DNA of 64,000 bases from Callorhinchus milii (Eukaryota), in assembly GCF_018977255.1 (NCBI RefSeq), contig NW_024704742.1:60142001-60206000 (forward strand), given 5' to 3'. Numbering within the stretch: the first letter of the stretch is position 1; the number at the start of each line of letters is the position of its first letter. This document shows, piece after piece, positions 37,033-50,135 of the stretch. The notes beneath the pieces are model-generated. The model ran no database searches and had not been told where the DNA came from. It worked only from the letters and a program-made list of their open reading frames with translations. Made by a program: the position numbers and the translations under genes.

Positions 37033-40000
37033 TTATACATGTAACCAATCTGTAGTAGATTGGCGCTAATCAAGCCAAAGGTGTGAATCCGACTAAAATA
37101 AAAACAAATTACATTGGTATAAAACCTTTTACTTCAGGAGAATGTCCCAAGTGCTAAAATATTTCTGAATGATATTTTCCTCACAGTCACTCCACTTTTC
37201 AGTAAATCTTGTGAAGCATTTACCACGTTTCTACAATGTGATAAGGCACTGTATCAAATGCAAACAGCATTACTATTCTGATCACTGGAGATGTAGACTT
37301 TAGACTGCACTTTAGATGTAAACTTTACACTTTAGATGTGGAGTTAGCATCAATGGTGGGTTTGGAAGCTAAATTTATGGAAGAAGTACATTATACTATT
37401 TTTAGGAAATTGTTGACAACATCAGTGTGAAGATGCATCCACAGGAAAGGCTATTAATAAATTAAACATTGGTACATTAAGATGCACAAAACCGCAAACT
37501 CGTAAAATAGGAGCCACAATGACATTTGTTGGTTGGAAGGGCTATCAGTTTCTGTATGTGTAGTTGTTATCCCCTGCTCAATATGTCGCTTGTAAGAAAG
37601 CACTTGTTCCCAGTTTATTTTGACCTGAATCCTCATTCTGAATTTGCTAGAGAGTTGTGACTGAATGCATAATTGCCTCCTGGGTCACCATGGTTACATG
37701 TTAAAATCTTGGTTCATGACATTCCTGTAAAATACCAGATTTTACAATGTGGCTTACAAAGCCACAAACACTCTAAAATAATAAGGCCTTAGCAACTTGA
37801 CAATCTAACTGATGACTGGTGTGTCAGTCGAAATCGAAATGTCACACATACTGTAGTAGAATTGGACCTCAGAAGCTGATTTTTAGGCATATTATGGATG
37901 AAGATAATGGAAGCTTTGCCCTGCATGTATTGTATAGCTTGCGTAGGTGTCCTTGATGCAAACACTCAGTGCACACAGAGCAAACAATTTCCATTTCCCA
38001 GCACTTAACAACACAGCTTTTTTTTAAAAAAACACAAAGGCAGCAGACTGTTAAAAAGACTTGATCTTTGTGCATTGTACTTCATGTTGTGTAAATTGCT
38101 GTATTGGAATGAAAATTGCAATCTCTCAAACAGATGTATTGATGGGTTAATTGGCATAGTGAATCTGCTAAGCAACATCACACTTTTCATCTATCATTTA
38201 TCGCACCTTGGTCTCGATTTACTTAATTTACGTATCATTTTTAGAGCGGCCAGCATTTGGCAAATCATTGAATTCAGTCAGCTTTTCGTAGTACCTATGG
38301 AAAACCAGCTTTAAAATTCAGTCTGTGCTTAAGAATTTTCAAAATTTGTGACTTTCTAAAATCCTGGATAAATTCTGTGAATCTAAATCTATGTGGAATT
38401 TCTACCCTTATGTCTTTCTAACAGGTCGAGTACAAGTAGGATTAAAAATATATCTGATTCTGTAGGAATAAATAGCAAATTGATTAGCATCGAAATGGCT
38501 GTTTGTGGGACGTTGCTGGGTGAAAATTGACTGTCGTGTTCTCTTACAAAATACACCGTCACCACACTTTGCAGCATATCACGTGAAACACTTTCCTGAT
38601 TTTATTTTTTTCTTCCTTTTCTTTGTTCACTCTTATTTATCCTTCTCATAATAAGATCTAACTGTAGATCAATCATGAATCTGCTTTTCGCTGTCATGTG
38701 CAGACTAAATTGCTATCTATTTGGAACATTTTCAGTTAACTTCAGATTCAGGATTCAAAGATTTTTTTTCTTTTTACCTCGCCTGCAATATAGATGCAGC
38801 ACACTAATCATGCATATACTGTAAAAATATCCTTCTTTGTGTGTGTGTGTGTATGTATGGGCGGGTGAAGGGGTGGTCGGGGAAGGGTAGTAATGATAAT
38901 ATTCCTTGCACTTGATACAGTGCCTTATCATGTCGTTGAGACGTCTCAAAGTGCTTCACATAATATATCTCTTCTTGGGGTTAACCTAGCCTGATGAATA
39001 AATGAATGGTGAAACCTGCCACAGACACTGTAATTTAAGAAATTATTGATGTTCTCCATCCTATCAGTTCATCAATAAGATTTAGAGGTGCAGACGTATC
39101 TTCAACTCAAGAAGCAAGAACTATAATGGATAGAGCAGACACAAGATCACAAGAGAGGTTAGGATGAGAAAACTCTTTGGCCCACTTTATCTCATACTTC
39201 CTGATCACCCAACATATTGCTCCCCGTCACAGCATTAAGCTTGACCAACTGGACAAATGTTGCAAAACCTACCAGTGCTTTTGTGTGCACAGTTACCATT
39301 GTCAATGATTTACTATTTTGAAGCTGGAAATTCTGTTTGTGATGGAAACCGATAAAAACAAACTCCTTTCAGTTCTAACAATACTGAGGTGGCCCACCTT
39401 TGTAATCCATTTTCAGTACAAATCCAGTGCCACTTTCACCAAAGCTTTCAGGCTGACTGCATTGGTTTTAAAGAAAAGAAAATATCTGAATTGCAATATA
39501 TAATACACATTGTTACAATAATGTAAATGTGTCTAACCATGTGTAATGCAAAATATGTTCAAACCTCTTTTGTTTTGAGCAGCGTTTCGAGACATTTATC
39601 CTGTTTCCTATATCAATTTAAATTATTATTTTTTCCTTTATTTTTACAATCAATAATAAGAAGTTTTTTTAGAAAATATAGAAAAGTGCCAATGTTAGCT
39701 TATCTGTCTACAGGTATTATCCTTCTTCAGTTTTAAATTTTGCACTGTACAATTTTATGTACTATCTGAGTTTTTCCATGTAAACATTTATGTTATCTTC
39801 CCAGATATTTTACATGATATATAAAGAATAATTACAATGATTCCCAGTATTTGTGAAAACTTTACTGGTGTTTCTTTGCTGACAATAATAACTATTGTAC
39901 CCATTATCAGAGCTACAGCATCCTATCAGAAAATGTTCAATGTATTTTTACATCAAACAGATGGCTGTATCATGTATCAATTGCAAGAAAGTACACCTCA

Positions 40001-40507
40001 CTAATTACTGTAATTTTTATATATATGGTAAATATTTTCATCTAATTCTCCAATAAAATTGCATTTGTTTCTCTGTATTCCACCGAGTTACGATACAATA
40101 ATACTGCATGATGGAAATATTCGCAAATCCAAATTAAATATTAATTCAGATGGCTAATAATATTGAACATGTACTGAATAAGAAACAAATCAAATTATAT
40201 TTTTGTTTATATTTTTTGGCAATCAATACTATTAAATTACTGGTCTGAATTACAGTGCAGCAAGATGTTTTTAGGATGTAAACTGGATGCACTTTAAAGA
40301 TCAATAGCCTTTTGCAACATAGCTTATTTTTCTATTAACAAGGACTCACTGATCAAAGAATACTAGACCCCTTTGAGTGGAGGAAATACCATGTGTTCTA
40401 TATAGGAACCTGAATTTAGATCAATCACACTTTGATTGGGGACTGGTTAAGACAGATAGGGAGAAAATTCACCTGGATCCAGATTTATTCTTTTCATATA
40501 GCACTTA

Positions 40508-40646
40508 AGAGTGTCAGGAATTTTGCAAATTCTTATATACTGTCTTAATTTTAAAGCCTTTGTTCATCGAGTTTTTTTTTAACAATGATAGAAAACTAAT
40601 TTCAAAGTTAAAACAGAATTCAACAATTTTCAAAATTCTGGACTCT
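40508..40646. repeat. Palindromic MITE-like repeat (same family as 16911-17032)
   Basis: TCAGGAATTTTGCAAATTCTTATATACTGTCTTAATTTTAAA pairs imperfectly with TTTCAAAGTTAAAACAGAATTCAACAATTTTCAAAATTCTGGA. Confidence 0.7.
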
Positions 40647-40739
40647 CCAAAATGCCACACAATTAAAGTGAATTTTAGACTCAGGTGAGATTTCTCTCCA
40701 AAGGTGTGTAAATTGACATACCATAGAAATGCAAAGCAG

Positions 40740-43700
40740 ACTAAGGCAGTTTTGGACTGCATGTGTGTAAATGCACGGAGCGTGACAAATAAGGATGGTG
40801 AGCTGCAGGCGAAAGTTGCCACATGGGATTATGATGGGCATAATGTCAATGGGCAATAACGGAGACCTGGCTCAAACAAGGGCAGGAATGGGAGCTTAAC
40901 ATTCCTGACTGCAATGTATTCGGGAGTGATATGGCAGGATAAAGAGGAGAGAGGGTGGCAGTATGGATCAAAGATACTGTTACAGCCCTGGAAAGGGATG
41001 ATGTGCTAGAGGGTTAAAGGACAGAATCTATTTGGTTAGAGTTGAGGAGCAGAAGAGGAGCTGTTATGCTTCTGGGTGTATATTATACACCACTAAATAG
41101 TGGGAAGGAGATAGAGGAGCAAATCTGCAAGCAGATTTCAGAAAAAATAAAAAAACAATAGAGTAGTGATAATGGTGGACTTCAATTATCTTAACAGACT
41201 GGGAAGAAAACAGTGTAAAGGGCACAGAGGGGGAAGAATTCCAGAAATCTGTACAGGAAAACTTTCTTGATCATTACGTTTCCAGCCCAACGAGGAAGGA
41301 AGCAGTGCTAGATCTAGTCCTGGGGAATAAAGTAGGGCCAGTGGAGCAGGTTTCAGTGAGAGAGCATCTGTATAACAATGATCACAATATCATTAGGTTT
41401 AGAGCAGTTATGGAAAGGGACAAGGAGCAATCAAAGATATTCAACTGGGAGAGGACTAATTTCAGTGAGCTGAAAGGTATTTTGCCCAGGTTGATTGAAA
41501 CCAAGTATGATGTGTAAAACTGTAAACGAGCAATGGGAGTCATTCAAGGAGGAGATAGTTAGGGTACAGACCACACACATTCCCATGAGGGGAAAAGGTA
41601 GGGCATTCAATGCTAGAGCTCTCTAGATGACTGAGGAAACTGGGATTAAAATGAGACACAAAAAAGAGGCTTATGATAAATGTCAGGTCAAAATCCACTA
41701 GAGAATCAAGCAGAATACAGAAAGTGCAGATGAGAACTGAAAAAGGAAATAAAAGGGGCAAAGAGAGTGTATGAGAAACGATTAGCAGGTAACATAAAAG
41801 GGACCACTGAATTCTTCTAAAAATATATAAAGAGTGAAAGAAGGCTGGGGCTAATTAGGGACCAAAAAGGAAAACTCAGGCATGCCTGAGATACTAAATG
41901 CGTGCTTTGCATCTATCTTCACCAAAGAGGATGCTGCCATTGATAATCCTGGAGGCGAAGAACAACCCCAGGCTTCTGTTTTCTACCACATCCCGACTCC
42001 TCCGTCCCCCCCGCCACCCCGCGCAGGTCATCTCCTCCAACCTTCACTGCAAGGAGATGCTGGATTTCCTTGAATCCAAAATCAAGGGAATCCGCTCCGC
42101 AGTCACTTCCCCTCCAACTTCCACCCACCCCCACCCCTTCCCTCCCACACTCCGACTCCTACCCATCCTCCCCTACACACCTTCGAACCCGTTTCCCCAC
42201 CCTGTGTCACCAAACTCATCCTGTCCCTGAAACCCACCACCTGCTCCCTTGACCCCATCCCCCTTATCTTTCAGCTCCACCTCCTTGCCCCACTTATCAC
42301 AGACATCATCAATCTGTCCCTCTCCTCTGGCTCTGTTCCCACTCCCGTAAAAACTGCCATCATCACTCCCACTTTGAAAAAACCCTCCCTTGATGCGTCG
42401 CAGCTATCAAGCTACCGGCCCATCTCCAACCTTCCCTTCCTGTCCAAGGTCCTTGAAAGGGTTGTCGCCTCCCAGCTGCGCTCTTTCCTCTCCACCCATT
42501 CATTATTCGAACCCCTTCAGTCGGGTTTCCGTGCTTCCCATAGCACAGAAACTGCCCTGGTCAAGGTCACCAATGACATCTTGACCATCTGCGACCAAGG
42601 CTCCCTCTGCCTCCTCGTCCTCCTCGACCTATCGGCAGCATTCGATACGGTCGACCACGCTATCCTCCTCCACCGCTTATCCTCCCACCTCAACCTTAAA
42701 GGCCCTGTCCTTGAGTGGTTTACGTCGTACCTCTCCCACCATCTTCATTTTGTTTCCACAAACGGCTTTTCCTCCAGCACCCGCCCCGCACTGTCTCGTG
42801 CGGTGTCCCTCAGGGCTCTGTCCTCGGTTCACTCACCTCCGAAACATCGCCAGACTACGGCACTACCTCACCCCTCACGCTGCTGAAACTCTGGTCCACG
42901 CCATTATCACCTCAAGGCTGAACTATGGGAACTCTCTCCTCGCCGGCCTTCCCGGCACCTCCCTCCACAAGCTGCAGGTCATTCAGAACTCTGCAGCTCG
43001 TGTACTGTCCCGCACCAGGCTTCGCGACCACATCACTCCCACCCTCGCTCGCCTCCACTGGCTCCCCATCCCCCAGAGGATCGAATTCAAGATCCTCATC
43101 CTCACCTACAAGGCCATTCACGGCCTTGCTCCCTCCTACCTCTCTGACCTATTATCTCCCTACCTACCTGCCCGTACCCTCCGTTCCTCTGGCTCCGGTC
43201 TGCTCCAAATCCCCCGCCCCAACTGCCCTACCATCGTTGGCCGGGCCTTCAGCCTCTCAGCCCCTAGGCTCTGGAACTCTATCCCCCAGTGCCTTCGCCG
43301 CTTCCTCCCTTTCCTCCTTCAAGGCCGGTCTCAAGACCTTTCTCTTTGACCGTGCCTTCAGCTCCCCTCTCGACTCTCTACCCCCTCCTCGTTCTCTCCC
43401 TTCCCTCCCCTCACCCTGACCATTTGCCCCTGCTCGGGTCCTGACCCAACTGTCCAGCGCCTTGGGACATCCTCCCGACATGAAAGGTGCTCTATAAATG
43501 GCATCTTGTTGTTGTTGTTACAGTAAAGGAGGGGTAAGCACAGAAATTGGATAGTATAAAAATAGAGAGGAGGTACTTTAAAGGTTACCAGTGCTCAAAG
43601 TAGAAAAGTTACCTGGTCCAGATGGGATGCATCCTAGGTTGCTGAGGGAAGTTAGGGTGGAATTAACGGAGGCTCTGACTACAATCTTTCAATCCTACTT

Positions 43701-44762
43701 GGATGTTGGACAAGTGCCTGAGGACTGCAAATGTTACACACCTGTACAAAATTGAAGAGAGATAAACTTGGTATCTACAGGCCAGTCAGGCTAACGTCAG
43801 TCATGGGAAATTTCTAGAGATCATAATCTGGGGACAAAATTAATTTTCACTTAGAAGTTAAGTTCATTATTAACAGTCAACATGGATTTGTTAAAGGCAA
43901 ATCATGTCTGACAAACTTAATTGAGTTCTTTTATGATATACCAGATAGGATTGATAAAGGTAAGTCAGTTGATGTAGTGTATATGGACTTTCAGAAGGCG
44001 TTTGATAAGGTGCCACATAATAGACTAGTTAGAACAATTGAAGCCCATGGATAAAAGAACATTGGCAGTATCGATATGAATTTGGCTGGGAGACAGAAAG
44101 CAAAGGGTAGCGGTGAATGGTTGTTTTTCAGACTGGAGGGAAGTATACACTGGTGTCCCTCAAGGGTTGGTATTAGGTCCGATTCTCTTTTTGATATACA
44201 TAAATGACTTAGACTTGGAAATAGAGAGCAAAATTTTAACGTTTGCCGATATCCAATTCTGGGCGCCACATTTTAGGAAGGAAATCAAGGCCTTGGAGAG
44301 GGTGCAGAGGAGATTTACCAGAATGGTACCAGGGATGAGGGACTTTAGTTATGTAAACAAGAGAAGCTGAGATTGTTCTCCTTAGAGCAGGGAAGGTTAA
44401 CCAGAGATTTAATAGAGGTGTTCAAAATTATGAGGGGTTTTGATAGACTAGACAGTGGATCAGTAACCAGGGAACATAGATTTAAGATATTTGGCAAAAG
44501 AACCAGAGGGGAGATGAGTAGAATTCTTTTTAACGCAGACAGTTGTTATGGTCTGGAATGCACTCCCTGGAAGGGCGGTGGAAACAAATTCAACAACTTT
44601 CAAGAGGGAATCAGATAGGTACTTGAAAAGGAAAAAATTGCAAGGATATGGGGAAAGAGTCTGGGAATGGGACTGATTGGGTAGCTCTTCGAAAGAGCTG
44701 GCACAGGCACATAGGGCCGAATTGCTTCCTTCTGTGCTGTAATATTCTATGATTCTATGAAA
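40740..44762 (+). mobile_element. CR1 LINE covering most of ORF2 (APE endonuclease + RT), decayed, split by a nested L2
   Basis: NARSVTNK..ITETWL (40770-40875), LDLVLGN..DHNIIRF, PGPDGMHPRLL, QHGFVKGKSCLTNLIEF, GVPQGLVLGP, QFWAPHFRK; TTCTATGATTCTATGA tail at 44745-44760. Confidence 0.95.
41943..43518 (+). mobile_element. Young 5'-truncated L2 nested in CR1, with an RT-core deletion
   Basis: IILEAKNNPRLLFST...PTTCSLDPIP...[12 protein letters not shown]...; complete 3' UTR and (TTG)n; about 376 nt including YADD missing at 42833. Confidence 0.96.
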
Positions 44763-45289
44763 TTCCTGTAGGTAAATTGGACAGATTTTGTTGGGTTACG
44801 TCTGTGCACTCCAACCTACAGAAAGGACCTTATTTTACAATGTATGATAAAATATCAACAATGTACATTTAGGGCTTTATACATGGTAAACCATGGTTCT
44901 GATGGTATACTGCACGACATTGCCTTAGTTTAAACATATCTCTGGAAGAAGCACTAAGTTAACAACAACAACAACAACTTTATTTATTTATTCAGTGCCA
45001 TTCTATGGGGCAGTGTCTCAGAAGCTTCAGGACTGCAGTCTGACACTGAAAATATTTATTTTATCTGTGAAAACATATATACATATTTACAAGTTGTCAA
45101 TGTGCTTACCCTCAGATACTGTGCTGTGTGCTTCCTGTTTCTACCTTCCTTCTTTCTTGTTTGCTCACTAGTTTAACTCTGTGTATTTCAAATGGGTCTG
45201 AGGTAGAAATAGAGCAGGATAGCTAGTGGTGTCTCTCCAAGGATGGAGAGACAGAATGGCACTGTGCAACCTTATTCACTCTTTTTCCT

Positions 45290-45550
45290 CCTCATCTCTT
45301 TGATGCCAAGTAGTCCCATCATCTGAATTGTAGTGCCTCGGCCATTGTACTCCTAACTCTGGAACTCCCTGCCTCAATCTCTCCTTCTCACCTCTTCTTT
45401 ATTTATCTTTAAATCCACCATAAGATCTTTCTCTTCGACTGTGCTTATGTTCATTTCCCCTTGTTTCTTGCTCAGCATCCAGCCCTGCCACTGTACAGCA
45501 CTCTGAGACACTATCCTGTGTGATGGGTGCTATTTAAATTGTTGTCATTG
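45290..45550 (+). mobile_element. Old L2 3' end
   Basis: CTCTGGAACTCCCTGCCT...TTTCTCTTCGACTGTGC...tail. Confidence 0.75.
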
Positions 45551-45638
45551 TCTTGCCTTATGAAATTCCTTAATCATTGCAGTTGTTGTTCTTCATGCAT
45601 GGATAAGATCACAAAATCATAGCATAGGTCTGGATGAA

Positions 45639-45961
45639 TAATAAATAATAATAATAATCCTTGCATTTGATATAGCGCTTTTCACGTCGGGAGGATGCCC
45701 CAAAGCGCTTCACAGAACACACTGTAAAGTGAATTGACTGTATATTTGTGGGCGAACGCGGCAGCCAATTGCGCACAGCAATGTCCCACAAACAGTCGTA
45801 GATTGAAAATGACCAATTTATTATTGTTTTGTTTTTTGGAGGGATTATTATTAGGCGTGTGGAGTAAGGAAACTTGCCCAAGGTTTCGCCCTGCCTGGAA
45901 TTGAACTCAGGTCTCTCGCTTGCAAAGCGAGTGCTCTAACCACTGAGCTACAGGACTCCAC
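45639..45961 (-). mobile_element. Young tRNA-derived SINE, full length, least-diverged copy
   Basis: CpGs retained; head folds as a near-cloverleaf (D stem GCTC/GAGC, CTCGC-TTTGCAA-GCGAG arm). Confidence 0.96.
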
Positions 45962-46318
45962 ATCCTTTGGTCTAGCCAATCTCATCCATCCAGAACACCT
46001 ACCCAACCATCCCCTCATCGCTGCATCAAGCTTCTTTTAAAATGAGTCCAGTATCTTGGCCTCTACCACCTTTCCTATCAATCTGTTGTAGTCCTTGCCA
46101 CCAGGAAGTTTTTATTTACCCTCTGTGTAAAGAAAACCTTCCTGATGTATTTCCAGAAATTGCCCTTTACAATTCTAAATCTAGGTTCTCTTGTTCTACT
46201 GCCTTCATACATCCCACAATATTGATCTGAGTTTACTTTTTCAATTCCTTTAAAATTTTATATGCCTCTACAAGGTCCTCTCTGAGTCGTCTTCTCCCTA
46301 AACTGAAAAGCCCTCATA
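45962..46318 (-). mobile_element. Old CR1 3' fragment
   Basis: TTTACCCTCTGTGTAAAGAA (FFTQRV reversed) and CTTCTCCCTAAACTGAAAAGCCC (GLFSLG.R reversed). Confidence 0.7.
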
Positions 46319-48544
46319 CAGCACTGTGATGTAGGGTGGGGGCATGATGGGAGGAGGAGGTCATTTTCACCATTCCCCCAGTTCCTCCAGCTGGGTGCAG
46401 AATGCCAGCCTAACATTTCAGAAGCAAGTAGTTCATGGGTCAGTCAAGGAGGATTGTGAATAAAATATTAGGAATTTAATATCTTCATAATTTTACATTT
46501 ATGTTGCACCTTTCACATTTAGAGGATGCCTTAAAGTGCCTCATAGAATTGTTTTGGAAACTTATATGGGGGTGGGATGGGCTAATGAAGGAGGACGGGA
46601 GAGACGATCAAAAGCACAATGAAGACAGGCAAAGCATAGTTTGTAATTCAAGTAAAGTTAGAGGGTACAATAAGCTGAATCTCTTTGAAGTAGAGCTGGC
46701 TCCAACATGACATGTCTGGAAATGGAATTTTGTATTCTAATCAATCCTCTGTTGGACTCTTAGTCGTCTGGTTCCAGATCCAAGTAAATCTGCAGCACTC
46801 TCAGTCAGCTGGCTCATTAACAGGATTTGGAGGAGCAAACTAGAAACTGAGGACTGGGGTTCTTCAAACTCAGCTTCTATTAACTCTACAACCAAGAACC
46901 CTAAATTGGTCATATCTGTACAATCAGCGGGAAGCTTACCAGAGGTAAGCTGCACAGTTTTAGTCCTAAACTCCAGCTGAAAAGAGTACCCGAATGCATA
47001 ATTTGGTGTTCCCAAGTCTCGGCTATTAATAATAATTATCATAATAACATTAATAATACTTGATACTGACTGGGTGTTGAATAATTCAATATAAAGTATA
47101 ATCTGGTTGCAAAATTATGAAGGCAGAATTATACATCTTGAAGTTCTTTATCCAAGTTAGCAAAACAGTTTTGTAATCTTTTAATTTGAAACACTCATAA
47201 TTTCTAATCTGAAGACATTTTCTGAAAAATAGCAAATTGTTCCTTTCTTTTCTTATCTGTAATAGTTCATATTTAGTTTTTTTTCTTGCTGCCGTGATGA
47301 GACTTACATTTGGCTAAGCACCATCTTTAGGGGTTTGTTTTCCACCTAAGCATATTGGATTTAATATTGTAAAAGAGCCGTGATGAGAATCTACTGCTTT
47401 TGAAAGATTTCCCTAGTCATATTCTCATATATCAAACCCCTTTTAATTAAAGCTCTTGTTGATACTTCAAAAATATAAATATCTAACAGAATGTTCAATA
47501 CATGTTTTTTTAGTGTTATTTCCAGGGTATTAACATTGATTTGCTGTGCAAAAATGCAAGGAAGTAAAGTTTGAGGCAATGCACACAAGGAAGAGACTCT
47601 GGAGGAAACACACCTTGATATTACTATAACTGCTCTCTCTACAGTTCAAACCACAACTGCATATTCAAGAAATCCAATAACTAGCCTGGAAAATATATGT
47701 AGACATTATTGTTTTGCAAATGATCATTATATATGTTTCTGCATTAAACAGAAAGTAGGAATTTGCAATGTAAAAAAGCCATTGCCATTTCTGGAGCTGG
47801 TTCTGTTTTTGGTTGTTTAACTATTACTATTCAAAAAGCGAAGGGAGTTTCTCTCCCCCGAATACAATTGATCATTCACTTTATGGCTGTTTGTGGGACA
47901 GTGCTGTGCACAAATTGATGGTCATGTTTGTTCACAAATACATAGTCATTACACTTTACAGTAAAACATTTGTGAAGCAGGGATTCATTTGGACAACATG
48001 ATAAGGCACTGTATCAAATGCAAGCATTATTATTTCTTATTTATTAAGCACACCATAAAATCAATTCAATAATAACATCACAAGTGCAGTTGAGCTTAAT
48101 GGTACATTTTTAACAATATTTAATAATCGACATTATTCTTATTCTTGGCGAGTTCTTCTCAAATATTTTTGACAGAGCTCACTAAGGTGAACTATTAGAT
48201 GTCATTTTGCACTCTTAAACATGACTTATACCACTGTGTTTTAAGGAATCAGAGTATATATCATTGCTTAAATTGTTTGTCATCATTTTCCTAACCCCAA
48301 GAATTGACCAAATTGGTGCTTTTAGTTCAGTGGTGGCATTCGTTTACTATGGTGTTAAATTCACACTGGAATATGGAGAGTGCTGTTTCACTGTTTAGTT
48401 AGAGCACCCACACCAAAGGTGCAACATTCTACTTGGTGAGAAGTGAGAAGAATAATTCCTAACTCTACACACTCTAAATTATGCAGAATATTTCCCTTCA
48501 ATATAATTTTTCAAATGCAGTAAAGAAATATAAAGCAATGTTAT

Positions 48545-48890
48545 AGTCTAGGCTGATGGTCCAAACCAATTCTGGGAAACTGTATATCTTTTGGATGAGA
48601 TATTAAGCTAAGTTCCTGTTTGACTGTTGAGATGGGCTTTAAAGATTTCATGACAATATGTGAAAAATGAAAGGAGTTTAGAAAGGAGTCCAGATGAATT
48701 GGTTATTCACCAATGGGTTTACAACCCTGCTGGCACAAATGGCTGCTGCCACCTTGCCTTTTAAAAAAATAGTGACTGCATTTGATAACAATTTCCTTCC
48801 TTTCACTTTGAGATGTTTTGATCTGATATGGAATTATAACAATGCAAGTTTCTCTCTGATATGGGATTATAACAATGCAAGTTTCTCTCT
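48545..48890 (+). mobile_element. Degenerate Deu SINE with a 33-bp tandem duplication of its tail
   Basis: GGATGAGATATTAAGCT core; TCTGATATGG(A/G)ATTATAACAATGCAAGTTTCTC occurs twice at 48822-48887. Confidence 0.75.
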
Positions 48891-49719
48891 GCTTGCCAGC
48901 TTGCTTCCTTTTTACGCAATCTTTTCATGATTCTTTACTCGTCTGCTTTTCTAGTATTTGCTTTATATTTGTGTGAAAGTCCTGTCCATTAGCATTGTGA
49001 ATGCCTTGCCATGTTTTGATGCTTGCACCATATGTTGCTGCTAATTACATGTGCTGTGGGATACACTGCTTTTTACATTTGTGCTAATGAGCTTCTGTGA
49101 TGCATTGAGTGCCATAGTTACCATTTTATTATTTAACTAGGACACACAGATTAACTGATGCACTGCAATGGTTCTTCAGTGAAATGGATCAATAGTGCAA
49201 CATTTAAAACCCACTTCTAATCCCAGTGTGGAGAAAAGCTTTGTCTTACCAAGACCCAGGAAACAGAAGAACATCCCTATCCCAAAGGATCTTCAGACAG
49301 CGAATTAGTTTCTTAAACTAGTCTGACACTCACTGTTACCAAAGATTTAGATTTAACTAGTAGATGCTGTACAATCTATGCAAGGAATTAAGCGGATTTG
49401 AGTATCGTGACATATAAATCCAGAATTGCTGTCAGGAAATCATGGGATATAAGAAAATAAATCAGAGAATCATGTTGGGAGATGTAATTCCTGAGCCTGA
49501 AGAGTAATTTGGTCACCTGCTTTCCAATATTGCAAGTCGAATCATTTGCATACATCACTGTTGCTAAGTCACTCATTCTATTTACTCTATTTTTTCTAAT
49601 TATAGAGACTGAATTTCACAGCACAGAACGCCCATTATGACCTTGCCAACTCTTTGAAAAATATGATCTCTCCAGTTAGTCTATCCATCTGACCATTCAG
49701 TTATAAATCCCTTCCCTTC

Positions 49720-50135
49720 ATGCCCTAGCACCTCCCTATCTCTACAATCTCCTCCTATTTCCTTTCTCAGCTTGCCTCATCCACTTGGGGAAACTTAGGC
49801 TTGCTGTACATTCCCTGCCCTACCCACACCACCATGGATGGCCGAGATTTCTGATTCTGCCCATTAATGGTAGAATTGACCTTCAGCCACTCTGTCCCTA
49901 GCCTCTGGAACTCCATCCCGCAGTCCCTCCACCTCACCCTGTCCCTTGCCTCCTTCAAGACCCATCTTAAGACTCTTCTCTTTGACCGTGCCTTCGCTTA
50001 CCATCCTTCCCCCCTTGACCTCCATCCTCCCCGATCCAACTCCCAGCTCTGGTCCGAAACGCTGATTGTCCAGTACCCTGCGATTTCCTCCCGATGTGAA
50101 AGGTGCTATACACATGCAATTTTGTTGTTGTTGTT
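49720..50135 (+). mobile_element. L2 3' fragment
   Basis: FSHSVPSLWNSIPQSLHL..SLASFKTHLKTLLFDRAF plus stem-loop and (TTG)n. Confidence 0.9.

Noticed and set aside
45885..45961. tRNA-Ala(TGC)-like cloverleaf
   Set aside because: It is the head of a multi-copy SINE, with a mismatched T stem and acceptor end; not called a tRNA gene.
47291..47390. GCCGTGATGAGA twice, containing box C motifs
   Set aside because: No box D (CTGA) or terminal stem at a suitable distance; not a C/D snoRNA.
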